From a virus (lineage: Duplodnaviria; Caudoviricetes), in the IMG/VR virus record IMGVR_UViG_3300021087_001082, positions 12,820-76,819 of that record: a stretch of DNA of 64,000 bases; one strand, written 5' to 3'. The notes under the pieces are model-generated. The model was not told where the DNA came from, made no database searches, and saw only the letters and a program-made list of their open reading frames with translations. Numbering within the stretch: the first letter of the stretch is position 1; every line of letters starts with the position of its first letter. The position numbers were made by a program, and so were the translations under genes. Below, piece by piece: positions 17,424 to 27,394 of this stretch.

Positions 17424-18581
17424 ATGACACACCGAGACCAATTAGTTGAAGCCTGGAAGCAAGTACATGGAGATTCAAAAGTACTTGATAGATCTGAGGT
17501 AAATAGAATAGCCGTTGATGCGGGACTCAAAGAACCGAATCAAAATTTTCTGAGTAAAATCAGAGTAGGTCGAAATCAGTTTTCGATCGCAAATTATGGA
17601 CAAGTAGCAGTAATGCCACAAGCAAAATGGGGTGATCGTTATCGTAAGCCTAAAGCAATTGACGTACGTGAAGTACAACATGAGACAGCAATTAAAAAGG
17701 TTAGCGAAGAAGTTTCATTTGTGCCTGATCATGATCCCAATTATGTTAAAGCAGGTTATTTTACAGAACTTGTAAGAATCATAAATTCCGGAATGTTCAT
17801 TCCAACATTCATTACTGGTCTTTCTGGTATGGGGAAAACCAAAGAGGTTTTCGAAGCAGCAGCAAAAACTAAACGTGAATTAATTCGAGTCAATATTACA
17901 ATTGAAACTGATGAAGATGATTTACTTGGACACTATACTCTTAAAGATGGTGAAACTGTTTGGGAAGACGGTCCTGTTATCGTTGCAATGGAAAGAGGAG
18001 CAATTCTTCTTCTTGATGAGATTGACCTTGCATCAAATAAGATCATGTGTCTACAACCAGTACTTGAAGGTGGAGATATCTTCTTGAAGAAGATTAACAG
18101 ACTCGTTAAACCAGTACCTGGATTCAATATTATTGCGACAGCGAATACTAAAGGAAAAGGATCTGAAGATGGAAGATTCATTGGAACAAACATTCTTAAT
18201 GAAGCTTTCCTTGATCGTTTCCCATTGACATTCGAACAAGATTATCCAAATGCGTCAACAGAGAAAAAGATTATTACTAAGATCCTCGCAAATTATGAAG
18301 TCAAGGATGAAACATTTGTTGATCACTTAGTACAGTGGACCGATGTAATTCGTAGGACTTATGATGACGGTGGTATTGATGAGATCATCTCAACACGTCG
18401 TTTGGTAAACATTGTTAATTCGTATATGGTATTCAGAGACAAGATGAAAGCGATCGAATTTTCGATCAATCGTTTCGATGAAGATACTAAAAATGGTTTT
18501 ATGGATCTATGGAGCAAAGTGGACCCTGCAGCAACCCCCGAAACAGATGAAGAACCTGCCGAAGAAGCAAAAGAAGAATAA
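17424..18581 (+). CDS. MoxR/CobS-like AAA+ ATPase
   Basis: Walker A GLSGMGKT, Walker B LLLDEID, ATANTKG and NEAFLDRF; the tracked TTG start lies in the promoter, so ATG 17424 is preferred. Confidence 0.9.
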   Translation: MTHRDQLVEAWKQVHGDSKVLDRSEVNRIAVDAGLKEPNQNFLSKIRVGRNQFSIANYGQVAVMPQAKWGDRYRKPKAIDVREVQHETAIKKVSEEVSFVPDHDPNYVKAGYFTELVRIINSGMFIPTFITGLSGMGKTKEVFEAAAKTKRELIRVNITIETDEDDLLGHYTLKDGETVWEDGPVIVAMERGAILLLDEIDLASNKIMCLQPVLEGGDIFLKKINRLVKPVPGFNIIATANTKGKGSEDGRFIGTNILNEAFLDRFPLTFEQDYPNASTEKKIITKILANYEVKDETFVDHLVQWTDVIRRTYDDGGIDEIISTRRLVNIVNSYMVFRDKMKAIEFSINRFDEDTKNGFMDLWSKVDPAATPETDEEPAEEAKEE

Positions 18582-18595
18582 AAACAAAATAGTCC

Positions 18596-18638
18596 TTGAC
18601 ATTTTAAACGTTATCTTCTATAATATACAATATAAATA
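18596..18638 (+). promoter_or_regulatory. tandem sigma70 promoter and late promoter
   Basis: TTGACA(18596)-N17-TATAAT(18619), then TATAAATA (18631-18638). Confidence 0.85.
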
Positions 18639-18678
18639 GATGATAACGTTTTCTGTTTATTTAATATGAAAGGAGTGA

Positions 18679-19677
18679 ATGCAGATCGAAGTACCAATAG
18701 CTGAGTTAAGAAAGAAACGTATATTTGTTGCTACACCAATGTATGGTGGAATGTGTAGTGGAATGTATACTAAAGCTTGTTGCGACCTAGCAACTACAGC
18801 CACCAAATATCAAATCGATTTAAAATTCTTTTATCTATTCAATGAATCTTTAATTACAAGAGCACGAAATTATTGTGTTGATGAGTTCTTGAGATCTGAA
18901 TATACACATCTCATGTTCATTGATGCAGATATTTGTTTCGATCCGAATTACGTTCTTACATTAGCAGCACTATGTGATAGTACGAAACCAATCGTTGGTG
19001 GAATATATCCTAAGAAGTGTATTGCTTGGGAGAAGGTTCGTAATGCTGTTGATAAAGGATTAGCTGATGATGATCCGACGATGCTTGAAAGGTTTACAGG
19101 CGATTTTGTTTTCAATCCAGTAGGAGGTCAACAAACTATTTCATTATCAGAACCAGTAGAAGCTTTGGAAATTGGAACTGGATTTATGATGCTTCAACGT
19201 GAAGTGTTAGATAAGTTCGCAAAAGAATATCCTAAGTTTCGATATAAACCAGATCATAACCGTTCAGAACACTTTGACGGTTCCAGATACATTCATGCAT
19301 TCTTTGATACTATTATTGATAATGATCAATGGATGGGTGAAGGTAAATCGGAAAATTCCGATCGTTATCTATCAGAAGATTATATGTTCTGTCAATTAGC
19401 ACATAAGATAGATATCAAAACTTTTCTATGTCCTTGGATGAAATTATCACATGTTGGAACATATGTATTCTCCGGTAACTTACCAGATATGGGTGCATTG
19501 GAATATGCAGCGCATGGATATGATACTGAGAGTAGACCTTTCTTAGAAGACAGAAAAAAGAAAAAGTCTTCAGAAGGCATGAATAGAAAAGAACGTAGAA
19601 AACTCGCTGCGGCAAAACGCAAAGAGGATAAGAAGTCAGGGAAACCTGATTATTCAAAAAGTCCTAACCATTTATAG
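18679..19677 (+). CDS. GT-A-fold glycosyltransferase-like protein
   Basis: ATPMYGG, ESLITRARN, FIDADI, GTGFM and YLSEDY motifs. Confidence 0.7.
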   Translation: MQIEVPIAELRKKRIFVATPMYGGMCSGMYTKACCDLATTATKYQIDLKFFYLFNESLITRARNYCVDEFLRSEYTHLMFIDADICFDPNYVLTLAALCDSTKPIVGGIYPKKCIAWEKVRNAVDKGLADDDPTMLERFTGDFVFNPVGGQQTISLSEPVEALEIGTGFMMLQREVLDKFAKEYPKFRYKPDHNRSEHFDGSRYIHAFFDTIIDNDQWMGEGKSENSDRYLSEDYMFCQLAHKIDIKTFLCPWMKLSHVGTYVFSGNLPDMGALEYAAHGYDTESRPFLEDRKKKKSSEGMNRKERRKLAAAKRKEDKKSGKPDYSKSPNHL

Positions 19678-19683
19678 GAAAAC

Positions 19684-20370
19684 ATGATTATACATAATGA
19701 GACTGTTGAATATTTAAAAAACTTTGCTGAGATTAATCAAAGCCTGGTTATCGAAAAAGGTAAAGTCATTAAGACAGTTAGTGAACAGACAAATGTAATG
19801 GCAAAAGCAGAACTCGGACAAGAGTTCCCACAAGACTTTGCGATCTATGATCTCAATAAGTTTCTGGGTGTTCTTTCTTTATTCGTTGAGCCACGATTTG
19901 AATTTAGTGAAAAATCTGTAAAAGTTCAATCAAGTGTTGATGCAAATAATTATACAGCTGGAGATCAGATAGCCGAATATCAATTTGCCAACATGTCTTT
20001 GTTTGAAAACGAAAAAAAGATTCTTGCAAAAGATATTGAGTTGCCAGAACCGGAAGCTTCATTTAAACTTGAAGAGAAGTATTTCGTTTCTATTATGAGA
20101 GCAGCTTCAGTTATGAGTCTACCAGAAATTGCTGTTATAGCAAAAGATGGAAAGATTAAATTGCAAGCAATTGATTCCAAAACATCCGTCGATAGTTATG
20201 CAGTTGACTTGGGTAATTCTGATTCTAATTTTAAAATGATTTTCAAACTTGAAAATCTTAAATTAATGAAAGGGACTTATGATGTGAGAATATCAAATAA
20301 GGGTCTCGGACATTTTAAGAACACAGAGAAAAAACTTGAGTATTGGATTGCAACTGAACAGACAATATAA
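19684..20370 (+). CDS. gp45: sliding clamp
   Basis: LKNFAEINQS, FAIYDLNKFL and YWIA motifs; synteny with gp44/gp62. Confidence 0.92.
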   Translation: MIIHNETVEYLKNFAEINQSLVIEKGKVIKTVSEQTNVMAKAELGQEFPQDFAIYDLNKFLGVLSLFVEPRFEFSEKSVKVQSSVDANNYTAGDQIAEYQFANMSLFENEKKILAKDIELPEPEASFKLEEKYFVSIMRAASVMSLPEIAVIAKDGKIKLQAIDSKTSVDSYAVDLGNSDSNFKMIFKLENLKLMKGTYDVRISNKGLGHFKNTEKKLEYWIATEQTI

Positions 20371-20375
20371 GGATT

Positions 20376-21314
20376 ATGACAGATAATATATTATGGGTTG
20401 AGGCGTATAGACCTCAAAAGGTAGCAGACTGTATTCTTTCTGATCATCTAAAGAATCCATTCCAATCATTTGTAGAAAAAGGAAATATTCCTAATCTATT
20501 ATTGACTGGAGGACCTGGTGTTGGTAAAACAACAATTGCGAAAGCAATGTGTAAGGAGATTGGATCTGATTATCTTGTTGTGAATGGTTCTCAAGAATCT
20601 GGTATTGATTTATTGAGAGTCAAACTAGAAAATTATTGTAGTAGTGTTTCATTACTGGGTGGTAGAAAAGTTGTTATAATTGATGAGGCAGATTATTTAA
20701 ACCCACAATCTACACAACCAGCTTTAAGAGGATTTATTGAACAGTTCTCTGAAAACTGTAGTTTTATTTTTACTTGTAATTATTTACATAGGATTATTGA
20801 ACCAATTCATTCCAGATGTTCTGTAATTGAATTTAAGATAGATAAAAAGGATGCGCCTGTGATTGCTCAATCTATGTTAGATAGAGCAAAGCAAATCCTT
20901 GACGAGAATAATGTTAATTATAATGAAAAGGTTCTCGTTGAATTAATAATGAGATATTATCCAGATTTTAGAAGGACATTAAATGAATTACAACGTTATA
21001 GTGCTACAGGTGATATTGATAGTGGGGTTCTCGGTCAATTGGGCGATGCTAACTTTCTCGCTCTTATTAATGCATTAAAAGAAAAGAACTTTACAAAGGT
21101 TCGTAAATGGGTAAATGATTCAAGTCATACAGATCCAAGAAACATATATAGACAATTATATGATAACTTACATGAACATTTAACACCTAACACATTACCA
21201 CCAATTATTTTATTATTGGCTGATTATCAATATAAATCTGCATTCGCAGCAGATCAACAAATCAATCTAACCGCATGCTTGATCGAAGTAATGGTTGAAG
21301 GGCAATGGCAATGA
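20376..21314 (+). CDS. gp44: clamp loader large subunit
   Basis: LWVEAYRP, GPGVGKTT, IIDEAD and SRC motifs. Confidence 0.95.
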   Translation: MTDNILWVEAYRPQKVADCILSDHLKNPFQSFVEKGNIPNLLLTGGPGVGKTTIAKAMCKEIGSDYLVVNGSQESGIDLLRVKLENYCSSVSLLGGRKVVIIDEADYLNPQSTQPALRGFIEQFSENCSFIFTCNYLHRIIEPIHSRCSVIEFKIDKKDAPVIAQSMLDRAKQILDENNVNYNEKVLVELIMRYYPDFRRTLNELQRYSATGDIDSGVLGQLGDANFLALINALKEKNFTKVRKWVNDSSHTDPRNIYRQLYDNLHEHLTPNTLPPIILLLADYQYKSAFAADQQINLTACLIEVMVEGQWQ

Positions 21315-21730
21315 ATCCATTCGATTTTGTAAAAGATATAAACTATAAGAAAAAAGATTTGTTACAAGATGATCCCGATGGTCATATAGAACGGGATTAT
21401 AAACCCTTTTTAATTAATAGAACATTAAGTTTTACCTCTGATACGGCGCTTCATGCTAACGAAATGAACGTAAGACCGTTTCTAGATAACAAGCTTCAAT
21501 ACCACTATTTGCTAAATATCATTAGACCCAAGAACAGATTTGGTCGATGGTTAAAAGCCGAGAAGTACGAAGCCATAGATCTTATCGTTGAATATTATGG
21601 TTACTCCTTGCAAAAAGCTAGGGAAGTCGTTGATATATTCACGGATGAGGACTTACGTACTCTCAAGCAAAAATTATTTACAGGTGGATTGAAGGAGTTA
21701 AATGAGTATAGAGGTCGAAGCGCTCGTTGA
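21305..21730 (+). CDS. gp62: clamp loader small subunit
   Basis: Y.PFLINR.LS, ANEMN and EYYGYS..KA motifs; synteny. Confidence 0.9.
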   Translation: MAMNPFDFVKDINYKKKDLLQDDPDGHIERDYKPFLINRTLSFTSDTALHANEMNVRPFLDNKLQYHYLLNIIRPKNRFGRWLKAEKYEAIDLIVEYYGYSLQKAREVVDIFTDEDLRTLKQKLFTGGLKELNEYRGRSAR

Positions 21731-22127
21731 AATCAAGCTGAAACAACCTGATGATTTTTTAAAAGTAAAAGAGACTTTAACAAGAATTGGTGTGGCATCC
21801 AAGAAAGATAAGACTCTATATCAGAGTTGTCACATTCTTCATAAACAAAGTCGGTATTACATAGTACATTTTAAAGAGTTGTTCATGCTAGATGGGAAAC
21901 CATCTAATTTTTCAGATAATGATGCAGCACGGCGTAATACAATAGTTAATCTATTAGCAGAATGGGATTTAGTACAAATTGTGGATAACGATAAAGTTAA
22001 TGACAATATTGTTCCCATTAATCAACTAAAGATTATATCGTTCAAAGAAAAGGACGAATGGAATTTAGTGGCAAAATATAATATTGGAAATAAGAAAAGT
22101 GACGACACTAAAATTGAAAGTACATAA
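21702..22127 (+). CDS. regA: translational repressor RegA
   Basis: DDFLKVKETLTRIG and LYQSCHILHK...YYIVHFKELF motifs. Confidence 0.96.
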   Translation: MSIEVEALVEIKLKQPDDFLKVKETLTRIGVASKKDKTLYQSCHILHKQSRYYIVHFKELFMLDGKPSNFSDNDAARRNTIVNLLAEWDLVQIVDNDKVNDNIVPINQLKIISFKEKDEWNLVAKYNIGNKKSDDTKIEST

Positions 22128-22608
22128 ATTATTTGATGATGTTCAAATTCCCCAATTTTCCACAAAAGGTTCAGCATGCTTTGATATACATGCATACTAT
22201 AGACCTGAAGCTGGATATAAGGTTTGGAATGAAGATAAAAAAACATTTATAGAAAGAAAAGATTCTTCTATAACAATTCATCCATTTCAAAGGGCATTGA
22301 TTCCAACAGGATTGATTTTAGATATCCCAAATGGATATTCAGTAAGAATACACCCTAGATCTGGAACAGCAATTAAACAGGGCATGAGCTTAATTAATTG
22401 CGAAGGCGTAATCGATTATGATTACGTAGAACCATTGTTTATTGCTTGTGTGAACCTTTCAGAAGTTCAAACAATCATTATAAATAATGGCGACAGAGTC
22501 GCTCAGGGCGAACTTGTCGAAATGACTCATTACGAAATTGAGGAGTCGTCTACTAAGCCTACTCAAAAGACTGACCGCGACGGTGGTTTTGGAAGTACTG
22601 GCAAATGA
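22099..22608 (+). CDS. dut: trimeric dUTPase
   Basis: ACFD, PRSG, GVIDYDY, GDRVAQ and RDGGFGSTG motifs. Confidence 0.93.
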   Translation: MTTLKLKVHKLFDDVQIPQFSTKGSACFDIHAYYRPEAGYKVWNEDKKTFIERKDSSITIHPFQRALIPTGLILDIPNGYSVRIHPRSGTAIKQGMSLINCEGVIDYDYVEPLFIACVNLSEVQTIIINNGDRVAQGELVEMTHYEIEESSTKPTQKTDRDGGFGSTGK

Positions 22609-22799
22609 GTAGATTTAAAGTTTTAGGGCACAGTTACGACTTAGAAATATACGAAGAAGTTTTAACTGATCCTGAAAAAGGTACTATTGAATTCGACGAG
22701 GTCGGAGTGTATAGTGCCAAATCCATACTAGAGTTAGTATGGATTGTTCTTAAACATCGGTTTGAACATCTGCTCGCTGGTGAGGGATGGAGAGACTGA
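22605..22799 (+). CDS. hypothetical protein
   Basis: 64 aa coupled ORF. Confidence 0.55.
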   Translation: MSRFKVLGHSYDLEIYEEVLTDPEKGTIEFDEVGVYSAKSILELVWIVLKHRFEHLLAGEGWRD

Positions 22800-22825
22800 T
22801 AATCTTGCTTTTATAAGGAGATAAT

Positions 22826-23293
22826 ATGTTATATACAAACGCCGCATCACTGTTTACAAATCCCAAACATTTACAACACTTGACTCAGTCCGCAATTGGA
22901 TTAGATAATCTGTTTGAAAGAGTGTTTGGAGAATTGTCTAATTTTAATCAAAATCAAACTTCAAGTTACCCACCTTATAACTTGAAAAAAGATGGAGATG
23001 ATTATATAATAGAGTTAGCAGTTGCAGGACTCAATGAAGAAGACATTACAGTGAATGTTGAAAACGGTGTATTAACCGTCGAATCAACAACAGATAAATC
23101 AGATGAAGATTTTCTTTATCAAGGGATTGCAAAGCGTTCTTTTAAACGTTGTTGGACTCTCTCTGATGATATAATTGTTAAAGAAGCAGCATTAGACGCT
23201 GGGATGTTAACAATTACAATGGAGAAGATTATTCCTGAGGAAAAGAAGGCAAAGCAGATTAAGATTGTAACAAATCAAAAGAAGCTTTCCTAA
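22826..23293 (+). CDS. small heat-shock protein (Hsp20/IbpA family)
   Basis: YPPYN, IELAVAG, GIAKRSF, GMLTI and IPEEKK motifs. Confidence 0.93.
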   Translation: MLYTNAASLFTNPKHLQHLTQSAIGLDNLFERVFGELSNFNQNQTSSYPPYNLKKDGDDYIIELAVAGLNEEDITVNVENGVLTVESTTDKSDEDFLYQGIAKRSFKRCWTLSDDIIVKEAALDAGMLTITMEKIIPEEKKAKQIKIVTNQKKLS

Positions 23294-23355
23294 TTTCGAC
23301 GGGGTCGTTGAAGATAAATACTTTCTAACCAGCGACCCCATAATAGGAGTGAAAA

Positions 23356-23841
23356 GTGAATGAAGCTGAAGATATTAGGGTAGCACCGAACTTTACCCTA
23401 CCTGAATTACTAAAAAGTTCAACAGCAGATAGAATGGGCTTAGATAATACACCTGCCACAGATCAAGTTTTAGTTAATCTTACCAATGTAGCAAATCATA
23501 TTTTACAACCAGTTCGAGAAAAATTTGGACCAGTTCGTGTAAATAGTGGTTACAGAGGACCTGCTTTAAATAAGGCAGTTGGAGGATCTAAGACAAGTCA
23601 ACATTGCCATGGAGAAGCAGCAGACTTTGAATGTTCAAGAGTTGGTAACGATGAGTTGGCAGAATGGGTCAGAGACAATTTAGAATTTGATCAGTTAATC
23701 TTAGAGTTCTATCAACAAGGAAAACCATCAAGTGGATGGGTTCATTGTAGTTTTAAAACAAATGGTAAAAATCGTGGAAAGATTACGACTGCTTTGAGAG
23801 TTAATGGTAAAACTCAATATAAAGAAGGACTAATCAAATGA
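23356..23841 (+). CDS. peptidase M15A (probable endolysin)
   Basis: NFTL.EL, SGYR...LN..VGG...SQHCHGEAAD and WVHCS motifs. Confidence 0.88.
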   Translation: MNEAEDIRVAPNFTLPELLKSSTADRMGLDNTPATDQVLVNLTNVANHILQPVREKFGPVRVNSGYRGPALNKAVGGSKTSQHCHGEAADFECSRVGNDELAEWVRDNLEFDQLILEFYQQGKPSSGWVHCSFKTNGKNRGKITTALRVNGKTQYKEGLIK

Positions 23842-23856
23842 GAGGGAGAATGGAAG

Positions 23857-24021
23857 ATGAAACTTCTTATTTTAATTTACCTACAGTTCCTTTATACAAT
23901 AGGAGCATTTACAGGTAGGTGTTGGATAGACCAACAGATATTATGGTGTTATAAAACACTAGAATCAAAGGGACATAAAGTAGAACATTATTATAGCATT
24001 CCTGAAAAACAAAATAAATGA
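23857..24021 (+). CDS. 54 aa hypothetical protein with hydrophobic N-terminus (not in ORF track)
   Basis: MKLLILIYLQFLYTIGAF...; fills the gap between the M15 peptidase and gp43, ATGA overlap with gp43. Confidence 0.5.
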   Translation: MKLLILIYLQFLYTIGAFTGRCWIDQQILWCYKTLESKGHKVEHYYSIPEKQNK

Positions 24022-26522
24022 AATTTTACACTAATGTTCATCAAATTGGTGATCATATATTAGTAAGAGGATATGAGAATGGTCAGAAGTTCGATGACCG
24101 TGTTGAATATCGGCCTACCATTTTTATACCTTCTAGAGAGAAGTCAAGTCATACAACTATTGAGGGGAAATATCTATCCCCTGTTAAACCTGGAACAATA
24201 AAAGAAACAAGAGATTTTATTCGTAGATATGAAGGTGTTGATAACTTTCAAATTTATGGAATGAATACTTATAGGTATAGTTGGATCTATGATAACTTTC
24301 CAAAAGACAAAGGTATAGAATATGATTTTGGTTTATTGTCAATCGCGTCTATTGATATTGAGGTTGGTTCAGAACATGGCTTTCCTGATCCTATATCTGC
24401 AATTGAAGAAATACAAGCAATCACCGTTGGTAATAATGGGAAGTATTATGTTTTCGGTTGTGGGGATTATAAAGCCCATGAAGATAACATAGAATATTTT
24501 CAATGTTCTGATGAGAATCATTTACTTCAAGAGTTTCTTGGCTTCTGGGAAAAGCTAGCTCCAGATATTATTACAGGTTGGAATATTCAAGGCTTTGATA
24601 TTCCTTATTTGTATAATCGCATAGTCAGGTTATATGAAGTTAAAGAAGCCCGCAGGCTATCTCCGTGGAGGTTAATACATGAGCGAGTTACTCAGTTTCG
24701 TGGAAAAGATGTTACTTTTCATGATATTATTGGCATTTCTGTTATTGACTATATTGACGTTTACAGACGTAATAGTCCCCCTGCTGAATCTTATCGGCTC
24801 GATTACATCGCATCAATAGAACTAGGAGAAAGAAAATTATCATTTGAAGAGTATGGTAATCTCTATACATTATATAAAGAAAACTTCCAACTGTTCATTG
24901 AATATAATATTAAAGACGTACAATTAGTTGAGCGATTAGAAGAAAAGAAAAAGTTAATCGAAATGGTAGTCGCTCTTGCATATGAAGCAAAAGTAAATTA
25001 TCAAGATACATTTGGAATGGTTATGATGTGGGAAGTGATTCTCGCAAACGATTTAATGAATAGAAATATTGTTGTCCCACCAAAGAAAGATAATACAAAG
25101 AATAAAGCTTATGTAGGTGCGTATGTAAAGGAAGTACAAACAGGTATGCATAATTGGGTTGTTAGCTTCGATTTAAACAGCCTATATCCTCATTTAATTA
25201 TGCAATACAATGTTAGTCCTGAAACTATTTTAACAGGTATTACACAGCAATGTGGCATTGATAACCTATTAAATAAGAAGATCGATTTAGATAAGTTCTA
25301 TGAAAAAGATATTACTATTGCAGCAAGTGGTCAAGCATTCAGAAAAGACACACAAGGATTCTTGCCTAGATTAATGCAAGAGAAGTATAATAATCGTGTC
25401 ATCTTTAAAAAGAAGATGATTGAAGCAAAGAAGAAGTTAGAAAAAGAAACAGATCCAAAGAAGATTGATAAACTGCAGAAGGAAGCAGATTCGTTTGGTA
25501 ATAAGCAGACCGCCATGAAGTTAATGCTTAATAGTGTTTATGGCGCTTTCGGTAATCCATATTTTAGATTTTATGATTTAAGAATTTCTGAGGCAATTAC
25601 ATTAGGAGGGCAGCTCAGTATCAGATGGGCGGAAACCACTGTCAATAATTATCTCAATCAAATATTGGAAACAAAGGAGGTTGATTATGTATTGGCATCG
25701 GATACTGACTCCCTCTATATTACTTTGGATGCTTTAGTTAAAAAGGTATTCCCAGAGGATGTGGAGACAACAAAGGTTATTGATTTTCTAGATAAGGTTT
25801 GTGAAGAGAAGATAACAAAGATAATTGATACAGGATATGCTGATTTAGCAAAGTATATGAATGCTTATGATCAGAAGATGTTTATGAAAAGAGAATGTCT
25901 TGCTGATAAAGGAATATGGACTGGTAAGAAACATTATATTTTAAATGTTCATGATAATGAAGGTGTTCGATATACAAATCCTCGAATTAAAGTTATGGGA
26001 ATTGAATCTGTTAAATCTTCAACACCAACATCTTGTAGAGATAAATTAAAAAAGTCTTTTGATATTATCATTAATAAAGATGAATTAGCCATACAACAAT
26101 TTATTGCGGATTTTAGAACACAGTTTGAAAAAGAACCTATCGAGAATATTGCATTTCCTAGATCTGTAAAAGGAATTGAAAAGTATAATGGTGGACATAC
26201 TTTATATGCTAAAGGAACACCGATACATGTGAAAGCAACACGTTTATATAATCATTTTTTAAAAGAGAAAAAGTTACAAAATAAACATCCTTTAATTCAA
26301 GAGGGTGAGAAGATTAAGTTCGTTTATTTAAAACAACCTAACCCTATTAGGGATAGTGTGATAGCCATGATGGAGGGGCTACCTGAAGAGTTTGGTCTCC
26401 ATGATTACATTGATTATGAGAAGCAATTTGAGAAATCATTTAGGGGACCATTGAATGAAATACTGAAAGTAATTGGTTGGTCACCAGAGAAGGTAAGTTC
26501 TTTGGAAGCGTTTTTTGTTTGA
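24018..26522 (+). CDS. gp43: family B DNA polymerase
   Basis: Exonuclease DIE and GWN..GFD; polymerase SFDLNSLYP, K...NS.YG and DTDS motifs. Confidence 0.98.
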   Translation: MKFYTNVHQIGDHILVRGYENGQKFDDRVEYRPTIFIPSREKSSHTTIEGKYLSPVKPGTIKETRDFIRRYEGVDNFQIYGMNTYRYSWIYDNFPKDKGIEYDFGLLSIASIDIEVGSEHGFPDPISAIEEIQAITVGNNGKYYVFGCGDYKAHEDNIEYFQCSDENHLLQEFLGFWEKLAPDIITGWNIQGFDIPYLYNRIVRLYEVKEARRLSPWRLIHERVTQFRGKDVTFHDIIGISVIDYIDVYRRNSPPAESYRLDYIASIELGERKLSFEEYGNLYTLYKENFQLFIEYNIKDVQLVERLEEKKKLIEMVVALAYEAKVNYQDTFGMVMMWEVILANDLMNRNIVVPPKKDNTKNKAYVGAYVKEVQTGMHNWVVSFDLNSLYPHLIMQYNVSPETILTGITQQCGIDNLLNKKIDLDKFYEKDITIAASGQAFRKDTQGFLPRLMQEKYNNRVIFKKKMIEAKKKLEKETDPKKIDKLQKEADSFGNKQTAMKLMLNSVYGAFGNPYFRFYDLRISEAITLGGQLSIRWAETTVNNYLNQILETKEVDYVLASDTDSLYITLDALVKKVFPEDVETTKVIDFLDKVCEEKITKIIDTGYADLAKYMNAYDQKMFMKRECLADKGIWTGKKHYILNVHDNEGVRYTNPRIKVMGIESVKSSTPTSCRDKLKKSFDIIINKDELAIQQFIADFRTQFEKEPIENIAFPRSVKGIEKYNGGHTLYAKGTPIHVKATRLYNHFLKEKKLQNKHPLIQEGEKIKFVYLKQPNPIRDSVIAMMEGLPEEFGLHDYIDYEKQFEKSFRGPLNEILKVIGWSPEKVSSLEAFFV

Positions 26523-26548
26523 TAAATACTTAATAGTGGAGATTTGTT

Positions 26549-27046
26549 ATGAATAAATTATGGTACACTTGGCAGGAAATGTGTCTTGATGTTAATCAAC
26601 TCTGTAGAGAGATTACATTAGATAACTTTACGCCGGACGTGATCGTGGGTTTAAGTAGGGGAGGTCTAACGCCTGGCGTTATGATGTCTCATTGGTTAAA
26701 AAAACCTTTTAAGCCCGTGAAGAGCTCTCTTAGAGATTTTCCAGAATGGGAAGATTATCTTCCTAGAAAATCAGATGAGAGGGTTTTAATAGTAGATGAC
26801 ATATGCGATAGTGGTGAAACGTTTGAACGTATATCATCTTTTATTAAGGGCCCAAGAAAGGATCAGCCCTTAGAAATCAGTTGTGATGTAAAATTTGCAT
26901 CCCTCTGGTGGAATAATGAAGTTAAATTCGAACCTCATTATTACGTAAGGGAGGTAGCAAAAGATACCGAGAATCTCTGGATTCATTTTCCATGGGAATC
27001 ATGGTGGTCTGCGCCTCTTACTTTTCAAAACAATTTAAAAGGATAA
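26549..27046 (+). CDS. purine phosphoribosyltransferase (Gpt/Hpt-like)
   Basis: GLSRGG, PRPP motif VLIVDDICDSGET, WIHFPWE. Confidence 0.88.
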   Translation: MNKLWYTWQEMCLDVNQLCREITLDNFTPDVIVGLSRGGLTPGVMMSHWLKKPFKPVKSSLRDFPEWEDYLPRKSDERVLIVDDICDSGETFERISSFIKGPRKDQPLEISCDVKFASLWWNNEVKFEPHYYVREVAKDTENLWIHFPWESWWSAPLTFQNNLKG

Positions 27047-27049
27047 TTT

Positions 27050-27271
27050 ATGTTAGATAACGTGCTCGGTTGGATTAGAGGTATAACCGAATTAGGTCTT
27101 GCAATAATTGCTCTTGGCGTTGTTCTTCAAGTAATTTTTGGTGCAGCTGTACCATTTCTCGGAATGGATATCGTGGGTTCAGTAGTGTCACTCGTAAAAC
27201 AATTAGGTGCAGAAGGATTAATCGGCCTAGTTTCAATATGGGTACTTTGGGGAATCTACTCTAAGAGGTAA
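27050..27271 (+). CDS. small two-helix membrane protein
   Basis: 73 aa, strongly hydrophobic. Confidence 0.7.
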   Translation: MLDNVLGWIRGITELGLAIIALGVVLQVIFGAAVPFLGMDIVGSVVSLVKQLGAEGLIGLVSIWVLWGIYSKR

Positions 27272-27285
27272 GATAACTAAAAAAT

Positions 27286-27310
27286 AAAAGGCCTCTTCGG
27301 GGGCCTTTTT
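27286..27310 (+). terminator. rho-independent terminator
   Basis: AAAAGGCCTC-TTCG-GGGGCCTTTTT. Confidence 0.9.
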
Positions 27311-27394
27311 ATACGCGAGAGCGGTGAAGGGGTTGGAAGACCCGTTAATGATGAGCGAGAGAGATTAACACACACTTTTCTTGGAAGGAGAAAA

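Noticed and set aside
14798-18581. CobT/CobS as cobalamin biosynthesis genes
   Set aside because: This MoxR-VWA pair is widespread in T4-like phages; no CobN or other cob genes are present
24018-26522. Intein or intron in gp43 (also checked nrdJ, gp41, thyX and uvsX)
   Set aside because: The ORFs are continuous, of normal length, and lack splice or homing-endonuclease motifs
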